In this document: piece by piece, positions 57,510 through 64,000 of the stretch
Layout: each line of letters starts with the position of its first letter
How positions within the stretch are numbered: position 1 is the stretch's first letter
Assembly (NCBI GenBank): GCA_045863855.1
Contig: BTVV01000001.1
Span: forward strand, 96,800 to 160,799
Origin: Planctomycetota bacterium
GTDB taxonomy: Bacteria; Planctomycetota; SZUA-567; H5-PLA8
Direction of reading: 5' to 3'
DNA length: 64,000 bases
The notes under the pieces: model-generated
The model's input: the letters and a program-made list of their open reading frames with translations, nothing else
Told to the model about the DNA's origin: nothing
Databases searched by the model: none
Program-made: the position numbers and the translations under genes

Positions 57510-58711
57510 GCGCGCCTGCCGAACTGACCGTCAAGCCGCGCCACTACAAACCCCTGCTGGCCGGACACCCGTGGGTATTCGCGGAAGCCGTCGAGAAGGT
57601 GAAGGGGGAGCCGAAGCCCGGCGACGAAGTGCGCGTGCGCGACGAACGCGGAGCGGTGCTGGGGCGCGGGTATTACTCGCCCGGAAGCGCGATCGCCGTA
57701 CGCCTGCTCACGCGCAAAGACGAATCCTGCGACGCGGGTTTGCTGCGGCGCCGTTTGGCCGACGCGCTGGCGCTGCGGCGCGAGACGCTGGGCTTCGACG
57801 GTTCGGAGCAGGCTCCGCGCACCGCCTACCGGCTGGTGCACGCCGAAGGCGACTGGCTGGGCGGGCTGGTGGTCGATCTTTACGGCGACGTGGCCTGCAT
57901 GCAGATTCATACTGCGGGGATGGACCGCCGGCGCGAAGCGCTGCTCGCGGCGCTGCAGGAACTCGCCGGCGCCACCACGATCCTGGACCGCAGCGACGCG
58001 CGGATGCGCGAGCTGGAAGGCCTGAACGCGCCGCGCGAAGAGCCGATGCGCGGGCACGCGCCGGAAGGGCCGGTCGAAGTGCGCAGCCACGGCGCGCGGC
58101 TGGCGGTGGACTTCGAGAGCGGCCAGAAGACGGGGCTTTTTCTCGACCAGCTCGACCATCAGGCCTGGCTGGCGCGGCACGCGCGCGGGCGCGCGATGCT
58201 GGATGTCTTCAGCTACAGCGGCGGCTTCGCCGTGCAGGCCGCGCGCGCGGGCGCGAAGAGCGTCGCGCTGCTGGAGCGCAGCGCCGCCGCGCTGGACGCG
58301 GCCCGCGAGAACCTGGAGCGCAACGCGATCGCCGACGCGGAACTGATCGAGGCCGAGTGGCAGGAAGGCTTCGCGCATCTGAAATCCGAGAACCGGCGCT
58401 TCGATCTGGTGGTGCTGGATCCGCCCAAGTTCGCGCGCACGAAAGCCGATGTGCCGCAGGCGCTGGAAGGCTACCGGCGGCTCAACGGCGCCGCCGCGGA
58501 GCTGCTGAATCCCGGCGCGCTGCTTTACACGTGTTCGTGTTCGGGGAACGTGAGCGAGCTCGAATTCGAGCGCGCCGTCGCGGGAGGGCTGGCGGGCTCG
58601 GGCCGCCGCGCGCAGGTGCTCGAACGGCGCGGCCATGCGCCCGATCATCCCGTTCCGCCCGGCTTCGAACAGGGCCGCTACTTGCAGGGGCTGCTGGTGC
58701 GAGTCCTTTAG
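57506..58711 (+). CDS. rlmI: RlmI-family rRNA methyltransferase
   Basis: GHPWVF PUA domain, GQKTGLFLDQ, LDVFSYSGGF, LDPPKF, TCSCS. Confidence 0.85.
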   Translation: MSAPAELTVKPRHYKPLLAGHPWVFAEAVEKVKGEPKPGDEVRVRDERGAVLGRGYYSPGSAIAVRLLTRKDESCDAGLLRRRLADALALRRETLGFDGSEQAPRTAYRLVHAEGDWLGGLVVDLYGDVACMQIHTAGMDRRREALLAALQELAGATTILDRSDARMRELEGLNAPREEPMRGHAPEGPVEVRSHGARLAVDFESGQKTGLFLDQLDHQAWLARHARGRAMLDVFSYSGGFAVQAARAGAKSVALLERSAAALDAARENLERNAIADAELIEAEWQEGFAHLKSENRRFDLVVLDPPKFARTKADVPQALEGYRRLNGAAAELLNPGALLYTCSCSGNVSELEFERAVAGGLAGSGRRAQVLERRGHAPDHPVPPGFEQGRYLQGLLVRVL

Positions 58712-58741
58712 CATCCGGAGCCGGCGCGCCAGAGGGGTCCG

Positions 58742-60682
58742 ATGGCATCGAGCGAGATCTGGAAAGAACTGCTCGACCGCGAAGCGGCGCTGGGCACCGA
58801 AGCGACGGTGCGGATGACCTTCAAGCCGCGCACGGCGCCGACGGAAATCGCCGACGAGACGCCGCTGCCGGCGACGGTGATCTCGGGCGAACCGGCGACG
58901 CGGATCGGGAGCGTGGCGCCGACCCTGCGCTCGAACGCACCGATCGCATCGGCCGGTTCCGCTCCGGTACCGCCGGATTACCGGGTGCTGGCGCCGCTGG
59001 GCGAAGGCGGCATGGGGATCGTCTTCCGCGCCATGCAGCCGGCGCTGGGCCGCGAGATCGCACTGAAGGTCGCCAAGCAGCAGGAACCGCACGCGCGCGC
59101 TTCCTTCGTAAGCGAAGCGCGCGTCACGGGGCGGCTCGAACACGCCAACATCGTTCCACTGCATGCGCTGGGGACGCTGCCCGACGGCGCGCCCTGCATC
59201 GCGCTGAAGCTGGTGCAGGGAACCACCTGGCGCAAACTGATTCAAGCGCGCAGCGGTCCGGGGCCGCAGCTTAAAGAGCATCTGCGCATCCTGCAAAGCG
59301 TGGGGAACGCGCTGGCGTTTGCGCACCAGCAAGGCGTGCTGCATCGCGACCTGAAACCGGACAACGTGATGGTGGCGGAGTTCGGGCAGGTCTTCGTGAT
59401 GGACTGGGGCCTCGCCGCGCGGTTGCCGAACGCGAGCGCCGAGCTGGCTTATCTGCCGGAAGCGTCGGCGCTGCGCGGGCCGGCCGGGACGCCCGCGTAC
59501 ATGGCCCCGGAACTCGCGCGCGGCGACGGCGCGGCCTCCGATGCCCGGACGGACGTGTATCTGCTGGGCGCGTGTCTGCACGAGGCCTTGACCGGCCGCC
59601 CGCGCCACGCCGGAGCGACGATCACCGAGATTCTTTCCGCGGCGGACCGTTCGGAGCCTTTCGCGTATCCGCCCGAAGTGCCCACCGAACTGGCGGCGTT
59701 GTGCAATCGAGCGTGCGCGCGCGAACCGGCCGCGCGCTTCGCCGACACGCTCGATTTCCTGAAGGCGCTGGAGACGTATCTGGAGCATGAGCAGGCCGAA
59801 CGGCTCGCCGCGAAAGGCGCGCGGCTGCTGGGGGATCTCGAGGCGCTGCTTTTGCAAGAAGCGCCGCCTGAAGAGATCGAAGAGCGTGCGCGAACGGTTC
59901 AGCGCCTGTATGCGCAGGGCCACTTTGCGTTTCAGCATGCGAAGGAATTGTGGCCGGAGTCCAACGCCGCGCGTAGCGGCGCGCGGAAGCTGACGGCCGC
60001 GATGCTGGAGCACGCGCTGCGCGGCGAGGATCTAGCGCTGGCGCGGCGGCTGAGCGAAGAAGAAGGAGCCGAAGCGTTTCGAGCGCGCATCGCGGAACTG
60101 GCCGAACGGATCGCGGCGCGCGAGCGCGAGATGGAGCGCCTGCGCGAAACCGCGGCGCGGCACGACTGGAAGCATGTCGCCCGTCCGCTGGGGACCGTCC
60201 TGATCGCCGGAGCTTGCTGCGGTGCGTTCGGGACGCTGACCAGCGCCGCGCTGCGCACGGCCGGGCGTGCGTGGTCTTCGCCGCTGATCCTGATGAGCGT
60301 CTGGATGCTCGCGCTGCTTGTCACCGGCGGCCTTGCGCTGAAGCTCTTGCGCGGGCGCAAAGTCAGCTTCAGCGCGGTGAGCGAACAGCTTGCGGGTACG
60401 TGGCTGGCCGTAGGCGTCGCGTGCCTGGGCGTGGAACTGCTGAACTGGCGCATGGTTCATCCGCCGTTCAAGCTCCTGCCGGTGACGGCGCTCTTCCTCG
60501 GCGTCGGCGTCGCGACACTCGCATTTCAAACCCACCGCGCGCTGCTGGGTGTGGCGGCGGCGTTTCTGGGCACCAGCTACCTGATGACGGTCTGGCCGGA
60601 ATACGGGCGCGAACTGCTGGGCGTGACGTTGTGTCTCGCGCTGGGCGCTTTGGGTTTGTTCCTGCGGCGCGTGAAGGCCTGA
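58742..60682 (+). CDS. Ser/Thr protein kinase with C-terminal multi-TM domain
   Basis: LGEGGMG, IALK, HRDLKPDN, DWG, GTPAYMAPE; about 6 TMs. Confidence 0.92.
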   Translation: MASSEIWKELLDREAALGTEATVRMTFKPRTAPTEIADETPLPATVISGEPATRIGSVAPTLRSNAPIASAGSAPVPPDYRVLAPLGEGGMGIVFRAMQPALGREIALKVAKQQEPHARASFVSEARVTGRLEHANIVPLHALGTLPDGAPCIALKLVQGTTWRKLIQARSGPGPQLKEHLRILQSVGNALAFAHQQGVLHRDLKPDNVMVAEFGQVFVMDWGLAARLPNASAELAYLPEASALRGPAGTPAYMAPELARGDGAASDARTDVYLLGACLHEALTGRPRHAGATITEILSAADRSEPFAYPPEVPTELAALCNRACAREPAARFADTLDFLKALETYLEHEQAERLAAKGARLLGDLEALLLQEAPPEEIEERARTVQRLYAQGHFAFQHAKELWPESNAARSGARKLTAAMLEHALRGEDLALARRLSEEEGAEAFRARIAELAERIAAREREMERLRETAARHDWKHVARPLGTVLIAGACCGAFGTLTSAALRTAGRAWSSPLILMSVWMLALLVTGGLALKLLRGRKVSFSAVSEQLAGTWLAVGVACLGVELLNWRMVHPPFKLLPVTALFLGVGVATLAFQTHRALLGVAAAFLGTSYLMTVWPEYGRELLGVTLCLALGALGLFLRRVKA

Positions 60683-60689
60683 AGCGCGT

Positions 60690-62435
60690 TTAGCGCGGAT
60701 CCACGGCCGATTCGAGCGGCACGCCCTCGCTTTGCAGGCGGTACATGCGCGCGTACCAGCCGCCTTGGGCAAGCAGTTCGTCGTGGCTGCCGCGTTCCCG
60801 GACCAGGCCGCGGTCGATCACCAGGAGCTGATCGCAGCCGCGCACGAGCGAGAGCCGGTGGCTGACGATCACGGTGGTGCGCCCTTGCATCAGGCGTTCG
60901 AGCGCCGCCTGGATCAACGCTTCGCTTTCGGGTTCGACGCTGGCGGTGGCTTCGTCGAGGAGCAGGATGCGCGGGTTGGCGAGGAACGCGCGGGCGATGC
61001 AAAGGCGCTGCTTCTGCCCGCCGCTGAGCTTTACGCCGCGTTCGCCCACCAGCGTGTCGTAGCCCTGCGGGAGGCGTTCGACGAATTCGTGCGCGTTGGC
61101 TTCGCGCGCCGCGTCGATCATGTCCGCTTCGCTCGCGCCCAACCGGCCGAATAAAATATTCTCCCGAATCGAGGCATTAAAAAGGAAGGGCTCCTGGGTC
61201 ACGATGGCGCAGTGCCGCCGGAAGCCGGATTGAGCGAGCGTGCGCAGGTCGTGCCCGTCGATGCCGACCGTGCCGGCCTGCGGATCGTAGAATCGCAGGA
61301 TCAAGTTAAGCACAGTGGACTTGCCGGCGCCGCTGGGCCCGACGACGCCCGCGGTGTGCCCGGGTTCGACAACGAAGCTGACGTCTTCCAGCGCGGTACG
61401 CTCGGGCGTGTAAGCGAAGCGGACATGCTCGAAAGAAACGCGCCCCTGAACGGACTCGAGCGCCTTCGCGCCGGGCGCATCCTGGACGATTTCGGGCGCG
61501 TCGAGGATCTCGAAGACGCGCGCCCCTGAAGCCGCGGCGCGCTGAAGCATTTCGTTGGTTTGCGCCAAGGTCTGGACGGGGCTGAAGAGCTGCCACCAGT
61601 ATCCGCGCAGCGCGATGAGACCGCCGATGGTGAATTCGCCCTGCATCACGTAGTACGCGCCGGCGCCGATCATCGCCACATTGCTCAAGAAGCCGACGGA
61701 CATGACGCCGGGAAAGTACGCGGCGCGCGCCTTCACGCCGCGCAAGCTCTCGGCATAGAACGCGGCGTTGCGCGCTTCGAAGCGCGCGGCTTCGTGGGGC
61801 TCCCGCGCGAAGGCCTTGATCACGCCGACGCCCATCAGATGCTCTTGGAGGACCGAAGAGAGATCGCCGAGCTTGTCGCGCACCGAGCGGTACAGGCCTT
61901 TCACGCGCCGGTTGAAGAACCAGACCATCAGCGCCACCAGACCCAGCGGGATCAACGAGACGATGCCGACCTTCCAGTTGAGCCACAGGATCACACCCGC
62001 CACGCCGGCGAAGCTCAGCGCGTTGCTGACGATCGTATCGACGCCGTTGATCACGACTTCTTGGAGCACATCGACGTCGCCGATAGCACGCGCCTGCATG
62101 TCTCCGCTGCGGTGTTCGTGGTGGTACGCCAGCGATTGGCGCAGCAGCTTGGCGTGCACGCGCTCCCGCAGGTCGTGAACGAAGCGCTGCCCCGCTCGGC
62201 CCAAGAGCCAAGTTCGCGCGATCGATAAGCCCGCGCCGACGAGGTAGACGGCGAGCATCAGCGCGAGCGCCGGGAGCAGCATGTCGTGCTTACCTTCGAT
62301 CAGCACGTCGTCGACGATGTACTTCCAGACGAGCGGATGAAAGAGCTGGCAGGGGGTGGCGAGCAAAAGGCAGGCGAAGCCCGCCGCGAGCGGGGCGCGA
62401 TAGGGACGCAAAAGCCCGAGGATGCGCACGAACAC
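60690..62435 (-). CDS. ABC exporter, fused permease/ATP-binding protein
   Basis: GPSGAGKST, LSGGQKQR, LLDEAT; N-terminal TM domain. Confidence 0.95.
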   Translation of the reverse strand: MFVRILGLLRPYRAPLAAGFACLLLATPCQLFHPLVWKYIVDDVLIEGKHDMLLPALALMLAVYLVGAGLSIARTWLLGRAGQRFVHDLRERVHAKLLRQSLAYHHEHRSGDMQARAIGDVDVLQEVVINGVDTIVSNALSFAGVAGVILWLNWKVGIVSLIPLGLVALMVWFFNRRVKGLYRSVRDKLGDLSSVLQEHLMGVGVIKAFAREPHEAARFEARNAAFYAESLRGVKARAAYFPGVMSVGFLSNVAMIGAGAYYVMQGEFTIGGLIALRGYWWQLFSPVQTLAQTNEMLQRAAASGARVFEILDAPEIVQDAPGAKALESVQGRVSFEHVRFAYTPERTALEDVSFVVEPGHTAGVVGPSGAGKSTVLNLILRFYDPQAGTVGIDGHDLRTLAQSGFRRHCAIVTQEPFLFNASIRENILFGRLGASEADMIDAAREANAHEFVERLPQGYDTLVGERGVKLSGGQKQRLCIARAFLANPRILLLDEATASVEPESEALIQAALERLMQGRTTVIVSHRLSLVRGCDQLLVIDRGLVRERGSHDELLAQGGWYARMYRLQSEGVPLESAVDPR

Positions 62436-62568
62436 GCCGCGATTCTCCGCTGCCGGACGCAGGGAATCTTAACCGGCGGCGCGCAGCGGAGCGCGGACAG
62501 GTTTCGAAAAATCAGGCCCACTGTACGCATCGCGAAGCGGGATTAGAAAAGTTACGGAACGCTCGTCT

Positions 62569-63999
62569 TTACGGCAGCGCCACCGCCTGCTCGGCGGCAT
62601 ACTCGAAATCGACGCGTATCACGCGCCGGTTGTAGGTGTCGTTGAGGTACAGGTGCTGTTCGCTGAAACCCGCGCCGCTGGGCCAGGCGAGCGGAATATC
62701 GGGCGTCGTGAGGGCGGGTTTGCCGGCTTTGCCTTCGGGCGTGTGCGGATTTACGTACTGGGCGTCGAAATTTCCGTACGAGCCGATCTCGGCGATGGTG
62801 TTTCCGGCGTTGTCGAACAGGAGCACATTTGCCGCGAATGCGCTGGGCATGGCCAGCCGGCCGTAGCGGTCGACGTCGAAGCGCGGAACGCGGCAGACAC
62901 AGCAGGACGAATTGCCTCCGGGCCCGGGGCCGCTGACGGGACCTAGGCCGGAGTAGATTTGCTGGGCGTTTTCGACGGCCATTTTGCCTTCCAATTCCAG
63001 CTTCGGCGCGGCGGGCATTTTGCTCTCGCTGTCTTTGATGCCCAGCACCGCGCCGCCTTCGGGGCCGAACTTCACGACGCTGCTGTACCAGCGCGTGGCG
63101 ACCTGATCGCCGGTGAGAAATCCCGGCGGCTTGAAGCCCGCGGGCTTCACGTCAAGCCCCAGGTAGATGTTGCCTTTCAGGTCCACGCGAATTCCGCCGC
63201 CCGCGCTGGTGATGGGGCCGAGCACCGAAGTGCGCAAATCCTCGGGATACCCTTTTAGCGATTCGGGCTTGGTGGCGGGGAACTTCCCTTCCAGATACTT
63301 TCCTTTAAGCGCTTTGCCGTCGCCGCCGAAGCCGCCGACGGCGTAGAGCGTCCAGTCGTACATGAAGGAGATGTACACTTCCCCGTTGGGCCCGCAGCCG
63401 AGCCCCTTCTCGCAATTTCCGACTCCGTAGCGGCTGTAAATTTGCGGACTGATGACGTGCGTCCCGTGCTTGTACGGAGCGGGCTCAAGGTCTCGGGTGA
63501 AGCGTTCGAGGGGTCCGCTGAAGCTTTCTCCGGTGCGGATGTAGAGCAAACCGTCGTAACCCACGGAAAGATCGACGCCGGCGAGGGGTTTGTTCTGTTT
63601 GTTCTTGAGGATGCCGCCTTGGCCGGTTTTCCCGTCGTAACGCCAGATTAAATTCCCGCCGTCGGCGACGTAAAGTTCGTCGCGCGCATAATCCACGGCC
63701 AGTCGATTCCAGTCGATCTGGCCTTCGGCGCGGCGCTTGAAGGCGGTTTCGACCGGCGCCAGCGCGGCGCCCTGGTCTTCGAGTGCCAGGAGTCCTTCGG
63801 GCAACCCGGCGATCCAGACCACCGTTTTGCCGCCGCTGACGGTGATGGCCATGCGCGGCGAAACCTTGTTGGGGAACTTGTCGTAGAGCGCGGCGGGCTT
63901 GGCTCCGGGCGCGAAGTTCTCGAACTTTTCCACCGCCAGCGCATGCGTATTCCAGCCGTTGCAGACCATGCGCAGCACGTAGAACGCGCCGCTGTTGGG
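62569..63999 (-). CDS. Beta-propeller/NHL-like hypothetical protein (5'-partial)
   Basis: Frame open to the window end; LAVD...LYVADG, VDLKGNIY, LYLNDTYNRRV; Cys cluster SCCVCR. Confidence 0.7.
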   Translation of the reverse strand, partial: PNSGAFYVLRMVCNGWNTHALAVEKFENFAPGAKPAALYDKFPNKVSPRMAITVSGGKTVVWIAGLPEGLLALEDQGAALAPVETAFKRRAEGQIDWNRLAVDYARDELYVADGGNLIWRYDGKTGQGGILKNKQNKPLAGVDLSVGYDGLLYIRTGESFSGPLERFTRDLEPAPYKHGTHVISPQIYSRYGVGNCEKGLGCGPNGEVYISFMYDWTLYAVGGFGGDGKALKGKYLEGKFPATKPESLKGYPEDLRTSVLGPITSAGGGIRVDLKGNIYLGLDVKPAGFKPPGFLTGDQVATRWYSSVVKFGPEGGAVLGIKDSESKMPAAPKLELEGKMAVENAQQIYSGLGPVSGPGPGGNSSCCVCRVPRFDVDRYGRLAMPSAFAANVLLFDNAGNTIAEIGSYGNFDAQYVNPHTPEGKAGKPALTTPDIPLAWPSGAGFSEQHLYLNDTYNRRVIRVDFEYAAEQAVALP

Positions 64000-64000
64000 G

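Noticed and set aside
1..64000. Long antisense or overlapping ORFs (e.g. 15242-18082, 57272-60013, 38551-40803); CRISPR arrays, tRNAs, prophage, recoding
   Set aside because: The long ORFs are high-GC shadows of motif-bearing genes. No spaced direct repeats, cloverleaves, phage genes or in-frame stop/frameshift signals were noticed by eye.

Overview
High-GC bacterial chromosome segment. The gene content (three Hanks-type Ser/Thr kinases, an FHA protein, WD40/HEAT proteins, sulfatases, large secreted glycoside-hydrolase-like proteins) suggests the PVC superphylum, probably Planctomycetota; this is an inference. About 43 protein-coding genes; no rRNA, tRNA or CRISPR array was seen. Main contents: (1) a four-gene ATP-grasp / alpha-E / Anbu protease / transglutaminase operon behind a near-consensus sigma-54 promoter; (2) an AAA+ ATPase gene flanked by two different MITE-like elements; (3) a GldA/F/G-like ABC transporter with a DUF4340-like protein; (4) phospho-signalling genes; (5) tsaB and murJ; (6) two very large GH-like proteins with apparently inactivated catalytic modules; (7) a decayed IS4-family element. 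The most striking unexplained feature is a heavily structured ~290-nt non-coding unit at 25351-25640. It has a sigma-54-like promoter, upstream palindromes, an rRNA-leader-like boxB-boxA, a 19-bp closing helix and a UUCG terminator, but no rRNA, tRNA, CRISPR array or credible ORF. All family assignments come from motif recognition by eye; no database search was run.
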